Source of the DNA: Gemmatimonadota bacterium
GTDB lineage: Bacteria > Latescibacterota > UBA2968 > UBA8231
Direction: 5' to 3'
DNA length: 35,451 nucleotides
Assembly (NCBI GenBank): GCA_038153405.1
Contig: JAYOYH010000047.1
Location: 1-35,451 of the forward strand
The translations under genes were made by a program, and so were the position numbers. The first letter of the stretch is position 1; every line of letters starts with the position of its first letter. The notes below the pieces were generated by a model that saw only the letters and a program-made list of their open reading frames with translations, had not been told where the DNA came from and ran no database searches. Of the stretch, positions 8,438 through 17,791 are shown in pieces.

Positions 8438-8833
8438 ATGGCGGAAACCTCTACTATCGTGCTCGATACCGGTGCCCTGATCTACTGGAGCCTCGACCCA
8501 GGACGCCTGTCCCCGGCGGCAGCCAGCGCGCTGGATACGGCCGAGAAAAAGGTCGTCAGTTCCATTTCGCTGTGGGAGCTGGGACAGAAGATCAAGCGCG
8601 GCGAGCTCAGCCTGCCGCTGCGCCTCAACGACTACGTAGATCGCCTGCACAGCGTGGGCGATCTACGCATTGTTCCGGTCGACGAAAAATGCTGGCTGCG
8701 CAACCTCGTGCTCGATTGGGACCACGGCGATATCGCCGATCGCACCATCGTCGCCACGGCCATGCTGCACGCCTGCGACCTTGTCTCTTCCGATGCGCGC
8801 GTGCGCGCCTTCTACTCCAGATCCATTTGGTAG
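8438..8833 (+). CDS. vapC: Type II TA toxin, PIN domain (VapC family)
   Basis: IVLDT...YW, VSSISLWE, HGDIADRTIVATA, LVSSD. The acidic PIN active-site residues appear present; 131 aa. Confidence 0.9.
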   Translation: MAETSTIVLDTGALIYWSLDPGRLSPAAASALDTAEKKVVSSISLWELGQKIKRGELSLPLRLNDYVDRLHSVGDLRIVPVDEKCWLRNLVLDWDHGDIADRTIVATAMLHACDLVSSDARVRAFYSRSIW

Positions 8834-8843
8834 CACCGTCCAA

Positions 8844-8872
8844 TTGCCGCAGACTTCCCCCACCCTTAGCTT
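8844..8872 (+). promoter_or_regulatory. Putative sigma70-type promoter for hrpA
   Basis: TTGCCG-N17-TAGCTT; RBS AAGGA before the ATG at 8926. Confidence 0.45.
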
Positions 8873-8925
8873 TCTATGGGAAAGCCCACCGCTCGGCCCA
8901 CACGCTGCTCGCACCGTAAAGGACC

Positions 8926-11900
8926 ATGTCCGAACCGCCCTCCGCTAGGCCATCGATTGCCGAACTGCACCTGCTGCTGCCACAGTGCATGCAGCAGGAC
9001 GCCCTCCACGTAGAGCGCACCCTGCGCCGCAAGCGGCAGCCATCCACCAAGCAGCTCCAACGCCTCTTGGAAAGGGCGCGCGCTTCAATGGAGCTGCTGC
9101 AAAAACGCCGCGCCCACCTGCCGCAGCCCCGCTATCCGCAAGAGCTGCCCATTGCGGCACGGCGCGACGAAATCCTCGCGGCCATACGCGACAATTCCGT
9201 CGTCGTCATCGCCGGCGAAACGGGCTCTGGCAAGACTACGCAGCTGCCCAAAATGTGCTTGGAGGCCGGCTGCGGCCTGCGCGGCAAGATCGCCGTTACA
9301 CAGCCGCGGCGCGTGGCGGCGCTGTCCATTGCCCGCCGCATTGCCGAAGAGCTCGAACTCGAGTACGGTCGCCATATCGGCTGCAAGATCCGCTTCCGCG
9401 ACCAGACCTCGCCAGAAACGTTGATCAAGGTGATGACGGACGGCATGCTGTTGGCCGAGACGCAGGGCGATCGCGACCTGAGCGAGTACGATGCCATCGT
9501 CATTGACGAGGCGCACGAGCGCAGTCTCAACATCGATTTTCTCATCGGCTACCTGCGCCTGCTGCGCCAGCGCCGACCCGAACTCAAGATCGTCATCACC
9601 TCCGCTACCATCGATACGCAGACCTTTGCCAAGGCCTTTGACGACGCACCCATCATCGAGGTATCGGGACGCGTCTATCCAGTTGAAGTGCTCTACAGGC
9701 CGCTCGACGAAATACAGCAAGAAAGCGGTGACTGCACCTATATCGACGCGGCAGTCAGCGCCGTTGACGAGGCGTTGAAAAGCGCGCGCGAAGGCGATGT
9801 CCTCGTCTTTATGCCCTCCGAGCGCGATATCCGCGAAACGTGCGATATCCTCGAAAAGCGGCGCTACCGCAGCACCGAAATCCTGCCCCTCTTCGGCCGT
9901 CTGACCGCCGCCGAGCAGCAGCGCGTCTTTGCGCGGCAGGACCAGCGGCGCATCGTCGTGGCCACTAACATAGCCGAAACATCGCTGACCATACCCAATA
10001 TCCGCTATGTCGTCGACACCGGTCTGGCTCGCGTCAGCCGCTATAATGCGCGCACTCATACGCAGCGCTTGCCCATTGAAGCCATCGCCCGCAGCAGTGC
10101 CGAACAGCGCAAGGGGCGCTGCGGGCGCGTTGCCAATGGCACCTGTATTCGCCTTTACGGCGAGCGGGACTTTCTAGCTCGTCCCGAATACGCTCAGCCA
10201 GAAATTCAACGCGCCAACCTAGCCGAAGTCATCCTGCGCATGATCGACCTGCATCTCGGCGACATCGAACGCTTCCCCTTTATAGACCCGCCGCAAAAGG
10301 CAGCCATTGCCGGCGGCTTCCAGCTGCTGCGCGAACTGGGTGCCATCGACGAGCACAGGCGGCTGACCGAGCGCGGACGCGATATGGCGCGCCTGCCAAT
10401 CGACCCCACCGTATCGCGCATGATCCTGCAGGCACGCGACGAAAACGCCCTGGCCGAAGTGCTGGTTATCGCCTCGGCCATAAGCGTCCAAGACCCGCGT
10501 GAACGGCCGCTCGAAGAGCAGGAAGCGGCCGACCAGATGCATCGGCGCTTCCACGATGGCCGCTCCGATTTTATCATCTATCTAAACATTTGGAACGCCT
10601 ATCACGACGAGATGGAGAAAGCCTCACAAAACCAGATGCGCAAGTTCTGCAAGGCGCACTTCCTGTCCTACGTGCGCATGCGCGAGTGGCGCGATATCCA
10701 CGCGCAGCTCTACCAGACGCTACGCGAAATCGGCCGTTTCCACTTTAACGCCGAGCCAGCGACATACGACGCCATCCACCGCGCCGTGCTGACGGGCCTG
10801 CTGAGCAATATCGCGCAAAAGAAAGAGGGCAATATCTATCAAGCGGCGCGCAGCCGCGAAGTAATGATCTTTCCCGGTTCGGGCCTGTTTCAGCGGCAGC
10901 AAAAAGAAACGCAGATAGAGGAGCGCTCAGGCAAGGCGCCCGAATGGCTGATAGCGGGTGAAATGGTCGAAACATCGCGCCTCTTCGCGCGCACGGTTGC
11001 GCGCATCCAAGCCGAGTGGCTGGCCGAATTGGGCGCTCACCTGTGCCGCATATCGTACGACCAGCCCTATTGGAACGCGCGCTCTGGCAGGGTGCTAGTG
11101 CGTGAAAGGCACATTCTCTACGGCTTAGAAGTCCTCAACCGCCGCGTCGACTATGGGCGCATTAATCCGCGCGAGGCCACGGAAATTTTTATACGCGAAG
11201 CGCTAGTGCCTGCCGACATCCATGCCCAACACAATTTTCTACAGCACAACCGACGCCTCTGCGACAAGCTGGAAACCTGGCAAACGCGCACGCACGCCTA
11301 CGGCGAAATCGACGTAGAAGAGGCGGCCTGTCGCTTCTACGCCGAACGACTCGAAGGCGTTTCCTCGCTGCACGACCTCAACCGCTTGCTGCGCAACCGC
11401 GGCGGCGATTTCCTCCTGATGGGCGAAGGCGATATACTGGGCAGCAGCGGCGAGGACTTCGACCGGCAGGACTTCCCCGACGCGCTCGATCTGGACGGCC
11501 ACGCGCTGCCGCTGAGCTACGCCTACAAGCCGGGCCAAGCCGTCGACGGCATCACCCTGAGGGTGCCCTACAAACTGGCGCACGCCGTCGACGAAGAGGT
11601 GCTAGAGTGGCTAGTACCCGGACTCCTGCAAGAAAAAGTTCTGGCCCTCCTGCGCGCCCTGCCCAAACGCGTGCGCAAACAGCTAGTGCCCATACCCGAC
11701 AAGGCGCGCTCCATAGCCGCCGAACTCAAGCGCACGCACCCAACCTTTGTCGAGTCGCTGCACGAGTTCGTGCGATCGCGCTATCGCGTCGACGTGCAGC
11801 TGGGCGATTGGGATGCGTCCGAGGTTCCCGACCACCTGCGCATGCGCGTCGAGATCCAGGGCGGCGACGACGCGACGCTGGCCGCTGGCCGAGACCTCTC

Positions 11901-12831
11901 TTCGCTTAAGAAAGGGCTCGACCAACACGAGGCACCGGCCGAATTGGAAGCGTGGAAAAAAGCAGCCGAAAAATGGGAACGGCGCGGGCTAACGCAGTGG
12001 GACTTTGGCGATCTGCCCGAGCGCATCGAGGTCGCCCAAGTCGGCGGCGTGCCGATCTATGGCTACCCCGGACTCGAGCGCGAAGGGGATGGACGCGCCG
12101 TTTCGCTGCGCCTCTACAAAAAGCGCGAAGAAGCAGAGACGAGCGCACGCAACGGTCTAGCCTGCCTATGCGAGCTGCACCTGGGCGACGAGACGGCCTG
12201 GCTGCAGCGCGAACTCAAGAGTCTCAACCACTGCAAAGAACTTTACCAATCGCTGGCCACGCCGCAGGAAATGCGCGAGCGTGCCTACGCCCACCTCGAA
12301 CACTATCTGTTCTACTGCGCTCGTCCCCTACCGCTGCGCGAAGCGGCGTTCAACGAGCTATTGGAACGAGCGCGCCAATCGCTGCGCGGCCTGTCGGAGC
12401 GCTTTCTGTCACTGGTCGAAGCGCTGTTTACACAGCGGCAGGCGCTGCGCCTATCGGGAAGCCGATTTGCCGCTATGAGCGACGAGCTCGACCGTTTGCT
12501 GCCGGGCGATTTCCTGCTGCACACGCCTTTCGAACAGCTTCCACAGTTGCAGCGCTACCTGAAAACGCTGCAACTGCGCGCCGAACGCGCCCTGCTCGAC
12601 CCGGGCAAGGAGCAGCAGCGCGCCGCCCTCATCGCACCCTATCAGAGCGAATTGGATGCGCTGCGCCGCGCAGAGGGCGGCAGCTTGGAGCGGCGGGCAC
12701 TCATCGAGGAATACCGCTGGATGCTCGAGGAATTTCGCGTATCGGTCTTTGCCCAAGAGTTGGGCACAGCCCACCCTATCTCACCCAAACGCCTAGACAA
12801 AAAACTCGAAGAAATTGAGCGCGCGCAGTGA
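8926..12831 (+). CDS. hrpA: ATP-dependent RNA helicase HrpA
   Basis: GETGSGKTTQLPK, TQPRRVAA, DEAHERSLNIDF, TSAT, ATNIAETSLT, QRKGRCGR and the C-terminal WMLEEFRVSVFAQELGT; 1301 aa. Confidence 0.96.
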   Translation: MSEPPSARPSIAELHLLLPQCMQQDALHVERTLRRKRQPSTKQLQRLLERARASMELLQKRRAHLPQPRYPQELPIAARRDEILAAIRDNSVVVIAGETGSGKTTQLPKMCLEAGCGLRGKIAVTQPRRVAALSIARRIAEELELEYGRHIGCKIRFRDQTSPETLIKVMTDGMLLAETQGDRDLSEYDAIVIDEAHERSLNIDFLIGYLRLLRQRRPELKIVITSATIDTQTFAKAFDDAPIIEVSGRVYPVEVLYRPLDEIQQESGDCTYIDAAVSAVDEALKSAREGDVLVFMPSERDIRETCDILEKRRYRSTEILPLFGRLTAAEQQRVFARQDQRRIVVATNIAETSLTIPNIRYVVDTGLARVSRYNARTHTQRLPIEAIARSSAEQRKGRCGRVANGTCIRLYGERDFLARPEYAQPEIQRANLAEVILRMIDLHLGDIERFPFIDPPQKAAIAGGFQLLRELGAIDEHRRLTERGRDMARLPIDPTVSRMILQARDENALAEVLVIASAISVQDPRERPLEEQEAADQMHRRFHDGRSDFIIYLNIWNAYHDEMEKASQNQMRKFCKAHFLSYVRMREWRDIHAQLYQTLREIGRFHFNAEPATYDAIHRAVLTGLLSNIAQKKEGNIYQAARSREVMIFPGSGLFQRQQKETQIEERSGKAPEWLIAGEMVETSRLFARTVARIQAEWLAELGAHLCRISYDQPYWNARSGRVLVRERHILYGLEVLNRRVDYGRINPREATEIFIREALVPADIHAQHNFLQHNRRLCDKLETWQTRTHAYGEIDVEEAACRFYAERLEGVSSLHDLNRLLRNRGGDFLLMGEGDILGSSGEDFDRQDFPDALDLDGHALPLSYAYKPGQAVDGITLRVPYKLAHAVDEEVLEWLVPGLLQEKVLALLRALPKRVRKQLVPIPDKARSIAAELKRTHPTFVESLHEFVRSRYRVDVQLGDWDASEVPDHLRMRVEIQGGDDATLAAGRDLSSLKKGLDQHEAPAELEAWKKAAEKWERRGLTQWDFGDLPERIEVAQVGGVPIYGYPGLEREGDGRAVSLRLYKKREEAETSARNGLACLCELHLGDETAWLQRELKSLNHCKELYQSLATPQEMRERAYAHLEHYLFYCARPLPLREAAFNELLERARQSLRGLSERFLSLVEALFTQRQALRLSGSRFAAMSDELDRLLPGDFLLHTPFEQLPQLQRYLKTLQLRAERALLDPGKEQQRAALIAPYQSELDALRRAEGGSLERRALIEEYRWMLEEFRVSVFAQELGTAHPISPKRLDKKLEEIERAQ

Positions 12832-13439
12832 CCGTCATCATTTTTGACCTCTGCGACACGATCGTGCGCACGGCCGGCGTGCCCGGCCTACTCACGCTGC
12901 CCGGCTTGCAGGGACGCGACGCCGCTGCAGACGTAGAAAACTGGTTTGTGCACAGCGAAGTATTTCACGCCTACGAGCGAGGCGAAGTAGACACCGATGC
13001 ATTTATTGCCGCATTTTGTGCCGATTTGCACGTGCGCGCGGATAGGGAAGCGTTCATCCGCGCGTACGAAGCGCTGGTCCTGCACGAAATCGACGGCATG
13101 GCCGAATTAGTGCGCCGACTAGCCGCTCGTTATACGCTATATGCCCTTTCCAACAACAATCCTCTGCTATGGCGCGCCACAGGGCGCATTTGCAGCGTGC
13201 TCGACTGCTTTTCGCACATCTTTCTATCCCATGAAATCGGCCTGCTCAAACCCGATCCGCGCGCGTTCTCACACGTGCTTGATGCACTCAACTGCCCGCC
13301 GCAAAAGAGCGTTCTAGTCGACGACAATCCGCGCTGTATACGAGCGGCACGGCTTTTCGGCATGCAAGCGGTGCACTTTGACAACGCCGCCAGCGCTGTG
13401 CGCGCACTAGCGGCGAACGGCGTCAATCTCTCTGCTTAA
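12828..13439 (+). CDS. HAD family phosphatase (YihX-like)
   Basis: IIFDLCDT (motif I), ALSNNN, SHEIGLLKPDP, VDD...I.AA...GMQAVHF. GTGA overlap with hrpA. Confidence 0.85.
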   Translation: MTVIIFDLCDTIVRTAGVPGLLTLPGLQGRDAAADVENWFVHSEVFHAYERGEVDTDAFIAAFCADLHVRADREAFIRAYEALVLHEIDGMAELVRRLAARYTLYALSNNNPLLWRATGRICSVLDCFSHIFLSHEIGLLKPDPRAFSHVLDALNCPPQKSVLVDDNPRCIRAARLFGMQAVHFDNAASAVRALAANGVNLSA

Positions 13440-13468
13440 ACAGACCGCAGCGCGCTGCAGCAAAGAAC

Positions 13469-13496
13469 TTGCCGAAATAGGGCATCTTTGTATCTT
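13469..13496 (+). promoter_or_regulatory. Putative promoter for the small coiled-coil gene
   Basis: TTGCCG-N16-TATCTT, followed by an AAGGA RBS. Confidence 0.4.
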
Positions 13497-13517
13497 GTTA
13501 TATGTAAAGGATTTGAT

Positions 13518-13841
13518 ATGGAAGATATCGAATTACCAACTATGATCGCTGCCCTTGCTCTGATGTTTGCCGCCGTCGGTGTCAAGGTGGTAACGGCGCA
13601 GATGGTTACCCGCATGCGCAACCAAATCACGCACGTCGGACACATTAAGCAAGAAGTACTCAACCGCCTTAAAATCGCCCAGAGCCAGAGTGCGGTAAGC
13701 GGTCAGAACAAAGTGACGCTGATGGCCAAGAAGGCGAAAATACTCAAGCGACTCAATCGGCTCAATGGCGAGATGGCCACGCTGGAGCAGGACGACGAAG
13801 CGCGCAAGCAGCGCTCCAGTGTGCGCAGGGTAGAAAAGTAG
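13518..13841 (+). CDS. Small single-TM coiled-coil hypothetical protein
   Basis: AAGGA RBS, one hydrophobic helix (IAALALMFAAVGVKVV), then a basic helical tail; followed by a terminator. Confidence 0.7.
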   Translation: MEDIELPTMIAALALMFAAVGVKVVTAQMVTRMRNQITHVGHIKQEVLNRLKIAQSQSAVSGQNKVTLMAKKAKILKRLNRLNGEMATLEQDDEARKQRSSVRRVEK

Positions 13842-13862
13842 ATCGCAGCACGCGTAGTGCGC

Positions 13863-13904
13863 AAAGAGGTTGGGGCCTGATGCTCCCAACCTCTTTTGCT
13901 TTTC
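13863..13904. terminator. Intrinsic terminator, probably bidirectional
   Basis: Perfect 12-bp stem AAAGAGGTTGGG / CCCAACCTCTTT followed by TGCTTTTC, between convergent genes. Confidence 0.8.
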
Positions 13905-13918
13905 TACTGGGAACGGCC

Positions 13919-14734
13919 TTATCCTAGGCGATTGGCCAACCAGCCATAGCACTTCTCGTAACCGATGCCGCCCTCGGCTTCCGGACCCTCGTACTCGGCC
14001 GTCCAGGCCCCCTCATATCCGGCCTTTTCCAGCAGCGAAACCGCATATTCTAGATTGACTTCGCCCTCGCCCAGCGCGGCGCCTTTGTACTCTTGGCGCG
14101 ATCCCGTGCCGTCTTTCATATGCACGTGGAAAACGTGCGGTGCGAGCATTTCGTAAAAGCGATCGATCGTTTCGAGATCGTGACCAAACCAGCGATAATT
14201 CATGGTGTCGAGGTTAACGCCCAGACGCGGCGACCCCACCCGCTCAATGAGGCTCAACTGCCAGTCGCCATCGTTGGTCGTCACGCCGTGGTTGTCCAGG
14301 GCGATGCGCACTCCGGATGCTTCGAGCCCATCGGCAACGCGCTGGAAGGCGTCGAGCATCATGCCGTCCCACTGCGCCTGCGGCACCTGGTCGTTGCGGT
14401 TCCAGCCTCCGTCCGATCGCGCAATATCGCACCCGGTCAACGGAATCACCTTGCAGCGCGCTCGGTAGCGCGCCACCTGCATATCGAGGTCGGCCGGATC
14501 GGCCTGCAGGAAGTCGTTGCCGATCTCCACCGCCGATATCTGCATGCCATAGCGCGCCAATAATTCGCGCACTTCCTCAGCCCTATGCGCCCCATCCACC
14601 TCACCGTCCACCCAGATATCGGCCGCGCGCACTTCGCAGTGCGTATAGCCTATTTCGCTGGCGCGCCGAGCGAAGCCTTCCAAATCGAGGCCGGGCCAAT
14701 TATAATGTATGACGCCGATCTTTTTCTTTGCCAT
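13919..14734 (-). CDS. Sugar phosphate isomerase/epimerase (xylose isomerase-like TIM barrel)
   Basis: GY..CE, IALDNHG, GVNLDTMN, FHVHMKD, LGEGEVN, GYEG..TAEYEG. Confidence 0.88.
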   Translation of the reverse strand: MAKKKIGVIHYNWPGLDLEGFARRASEIGYTHCEVRAADIWVDGEVDGAHRAEEVRELLARYGMQISAVEIGNDFLQADPADLDMQVARYRARCKVIPLTGCDIARSDGGWNRNDQVPQAQWDGMMLDAFQRVADGLEASGVRIALDNHGVTTNDGDWQLSLIERVGSPRLGVNLDTMNYRWFGHDLETIDRFYEMLAPHVFHVHMKDGTGSRQEYKGAALGEGEVNLEYAVSLLEKAGYEGAWTAEYEGPEAEGGIGYEKCYGWLANRLG

Positions 14735-14755
14735 GCTCTTTTCCTCTCTTGCCCT

Positions 14756-15478
14756 CTACTCTTCTATGCCCAATAGCTCTACTTCAAAGTCGAGCGTGGC
14801 ACCTGCGGGAATGCTGCTACCGGGCGGCGAACTATCGCCATAGGCCAAGTCGGAGGGAATGATCAGCCGGGCTTTGCCGCCGACTTTCATAAAGCCTAGA
14901 CCCTCTGTCCATCCAGGAATCACCTGGTTTAAACCAAAGGTGACGGGCTCGCCGCGCTCGACCGAGCTATCGAATACCGTGCCGTCGATCAGCTTGCCCG
15001 TGTAGTGGACTTTCACCTTGTCCGTCGGCTGGGGTTGTGCACCCGATCCGGCCTGCAATTCGATGTAGACCATACCCGATTCGGTCTTGGTCGCACCCGA
15101 CTCGGCCGCGGCTTTTTCCAGATAGGCCTTGCCCTTTTCCTTCTCGGCGCCCGACTGCTCGGCAACGCGCTTCTGCACATTTTCAAAGCGCTGCTGCAAA
15201 TAGGTATTCAGCTTCGGACCATACTCGGCTATATCGACCTTTGCTTCGGTTTCGAGCATGCCATCGGCAAAGCCAGCGGCGATTAAATCAACTTCGTCGG
15301 CATTGAACTCGCCCTTAAACGTGCCCAGCGTATTGCCGGCTACGCTTAAACCAATAGCGTATAGCTGTTTTTCCTCTTCCGTTTCGGGCGTGACGACGTT
15401 GGAGGTTTCCTGCTGCTGCGCGCCGCAGGCGGCAACCAGCACGAGGGCGGCACTGAACAGGCTCAGTGTCTTCTTCAT
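14756..15478 (-). CDS. fkpA: FKBP-type peptidyl-prolyl cis-trans isomerase (FkpA/Mip-like), lipoprotein
   Basis: Lipobox LVAAC; N-terminal dimerization domain (YAIG); [48 protein letters not shown]. Confidence 0.93.
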   Translation of the reverse strand: MKKTLSLFSAALVLVAACGAQQQETSNVVTPETEEEKQLYAIGLSVAGNTLGTFKGEFNADEVDLIAAGFADGMLETEAKVDIAEYGPKLNTYLQQRFENVQKRVAEQSGAEKEKGKAYLEKAAAESGATKTESGMVYIELQAGSGAQPQPTDKVKVHYTGKLIDGTVFDSSVERGEPVTFGLNQVIPGWTEGLGFMKVGGKARLIIPSDLAYGDSSPPGSSIPAGATLDFEVELLGIEE

Positions 15479-15620
15479 TGAATGATCCTCTCTTAAAATG
15501 GCCAGAGTCCGCGCGCGAATAGCTTTCGCGGGCAGAATCGAACCTTCATAGTCGATATTCTATCTGTCGGGAAACCAAAAGAGGGGGGAGCCGACCGAAT
15601 AGGTTGAAGGTAGGAATTCC

Positions 15621-17762
15621 TCAGAAAAGTCGCCAGAGCCGACTCTGCAACGGGGCCATTTCGACGCGCCACATGCCATCGGCCCAAGCCAGCGGCACGC
15701 TCGTTCCCATATGCAAGACTTCGCAAGTGTCAAAAAGCGCAAGCGGCGCGATGGCGCTGTGCAAATAGTCAAAGCGCAGCTGCATTGAGTGAGCGCGCGC
15801 CGGATCGAAGTTATGGACGACCAGTACAGCGCCCTGCGCGCCATAGCGCACATAGGCGAAGAGGCGATCGTCTACGTCGCCGCCGTCGGCGTCGTTGCGG
15901 TGGTAATAGACCTTGCCGCTGTGGAGTTCGGGCCATGCGGAACGCCGTTCGAATACTTGTTCGTACAGGCGCATAAGCGCATCGTGCGGCGCGCACCATC
16001 TGAGTGCCGGTTGCAGCAGGGTTGCGTTTTCAAAATCCGTGCGCGCCGCTTCGCCCCACTCACTGCCCCATTCCATTGCGCACGTCAGATTCGTTGCCGC
16101 CGCCGAGCCGGCCGATGCGTCGACTAGCAGCGCCTGGGCATTCTTGAGCAGCGCCATGCACAGCGCCGGATCAGCATCCGTTGGCAGCACGGCCTGCCAA
16201 TAGCTGCGCGCTGCTTCGTCGTCGTCGAGCAACCCGCGGTACTTATCGCGCCAGACCTGCGTGGCGCGCGGGCTATCGTGGTTTTCGAAATAGGCCATGG
16301 CGACCGTGCCCGGCGCAAAGCTGCGGTGAACCTCTTCGAGAAAGTCGTTGAGCGGGCGCGCATGTTCGACGTCGCGGTGAAAGTCAACCATCAGCGCATA
16401 GACCATATCGACCGGTACGTCGACGGCCTCGTGCAGCGGACACAGCGTCTCGCCCAGCACCAGCGCCTCTGGTTTTAGCTGCTGTATGCGATTTTTAATT
16501 TTCTTCAGGAAAGGCCGGTCCACCGTCTGGCTGGCATCAATGCGCACGCCGTCCAAATCGCAGGCTGCCATCCAATAGGGCGCCACTTCGAGCAGGTACT
16601 GCTGCAGCGGCTCGTTAAACACCAAGTCGAAAAGCGCTACGTCGCTGTAGACCAGCCAGGCGATGCGATGTATGGCCGGACGGCCATCCTCATCGCGCAC
16701 GTAGAATTCGGGATGCGTCTCAATGAGCGGGCAGTCGCGGCTGGTCTGCATGAGCACCAGGTCGAAGATCACTTTTTTGCCGAGCGCATGCGCTCGGCGC
16801 GTCAGCGCACGCAGATCAGCCCGGCCCACGGCCTGCACCAACGCGTCGCGCCCCAGCGTGTCGCGCTGACGGGCCGACATCGCCGCCACCTCGGCTGCTG
16901 CTACGCCGTCGATATCGCCGTCGCACAGCAGGCCCTCTTCGGCGAGGGCGCGCCAATCGACTTCTGCAAGCGGCGTGACTAAATCCGGATCGATTTGAAA
17001 GAAATCGCGCACCGCATAGACACTACCCAGCGCTCCTTTGCGCACGTCTTGGCCGCTGTGCATATCGGCAAAGCCCGGCAGATAAAAGGGCAGCAGGTAG
17101 ATCACGTCGGCGGCGATGTGATCCAATTCGGCCGTCACGTGAGCGATGCGCCCGCTGCGGAAAGCGCCATCTTCAATGCGCGCACCCACTTTGCGCGCGC
17201 ACACTTCGCTGATGACCGGACCGCGCTGCACCCAATGCGGGCTGACGACTATGACACCGTCGCGATTCTCGGCGATATCGTTGACGGCAATCCATTCCTT
17301 GCGTCCTGCATCTACGTGGCTATCGGCAGAAAATTCGACGCTGTAGCTAAAGGCTCCCGTCTGTTGCAGAAAAAATGGTTCCGACTCAAAGAGCAGGTTA
17401 TTGCCGCGCAGCGCCGGGCGTCCATCGTCGGCGAGAACGAGCTGCATCGGCACATAGCGCCCGCTGTCTCCGCCCAGCGCGTCGGTCCACAGGCGTGCGT
17501 CTACGTCGCGCGGCCGCACGTGGATCGAATCGACCGCGGCGACAAATAGCTCGCAGCGCACGCGCGCCTCTACACCCAAGCGCCCGGGCTGGATATAGGC
17601 GCGCGCCAGCGTAGACGCAAACTCGACGCCGCCCATATCGACGCACTCATTGCCGGCCCAAACAACCCAATTGTCGAAGTGCTGGCGGGCAAAGCGCCGA
17701 TGCAGCTCTTCGTAAAAAACGGCGCGCTGAGTAACGAGCGGCGCGGCGACAGCGGTTTCCAT
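15621..17762 (-). CDS. Alpha-amylase family (GH13) glycoside hydrolase, atypical
   Basis: VIYLLPF, GSVYAVRDF, AHALGKKVIFDLV, DGVRIDAS (nucleophile), LGETL (acid/base), YFENHD, C-terminal FAYVR...LVVHNF. Start placed at 17762 after a GGAG RBS. Confidence 0.85.
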   Translation of the reverse strand: METAVAAPLVTQRAVFYEELHRRFARQHFDNWVVWAGNECVDMGGVEFASTLARAYIQPGRLGVEARVRCELFVAAVDSIHVRPRDVDARLWTDALGGDSGRYVPMQLVLADDGRPALRGNNLLFESEPFFLQQTGAFSYSVEFSADSHVDAGRKEWIAVNDIAENRDGVIVVSPHWVQRGPVISEVCARKVGARIEDGAFRSGRIAHVTAELDHIAADVIYLLPFYLPGFADMHSGQDVRKGALGSVYAVRDFFQIDPDLVTPLAEVDWRALAEEGLLCDGDIDGVAAAEVAAMSARQRDTLGRDALVQAVGRADLRALTRRAHALGKKVIFDLVLMQTSRDCPLIETHPEFYVRDEDGRPAIHRIAWLVYSDVALFDLVFNEPLQQYLLEVAPYWMAACDLDGVRIDASQTVDRPFLKKIKNRIQQLKPEALVLGETLCPLHEAVDVPVDMVYALMVDFHRDVEHARPLNDFLEEVHRSFAPGTVAMAYFENHDSPRATQVWRDKYRGLLDDDEAARSYWQAVLPTDADPALCMALLKNAQALLVDASAGSAAATNLTCAMEWGSEWGEAARTDFENATLLQPALRWCAPHDALMRLYEQVFERRSAWPELHSGKVYYHRNDADGGDVDDRLFAYVRYGAQGAVLVVHNFDPARAHSMQLRFDYLHSAIAPLALFDTCEVLHMGTSVPLAWADGMWRVEMAPLQSRLWRLF

Positions 17763-17791
17763 TGCTACTCCACTGAAAGGTCGAGTTTCTA

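Noticed and set aside
11952..12818. 288-aa alternative-frame ORF inside hrpA
   Set aside because: Arg/Ala/Pro-rich frame artefact. hrpA is uninterrupted, so no frameshift is needed.
8438..12831. vapC-hrpA adjacency as a nuclease-helicase defence system
   Set aside because: HrpA is a canonical housekeeping helicase with its own promoter-like element, and the PIN protein is better explained by the upstream antitoxin.
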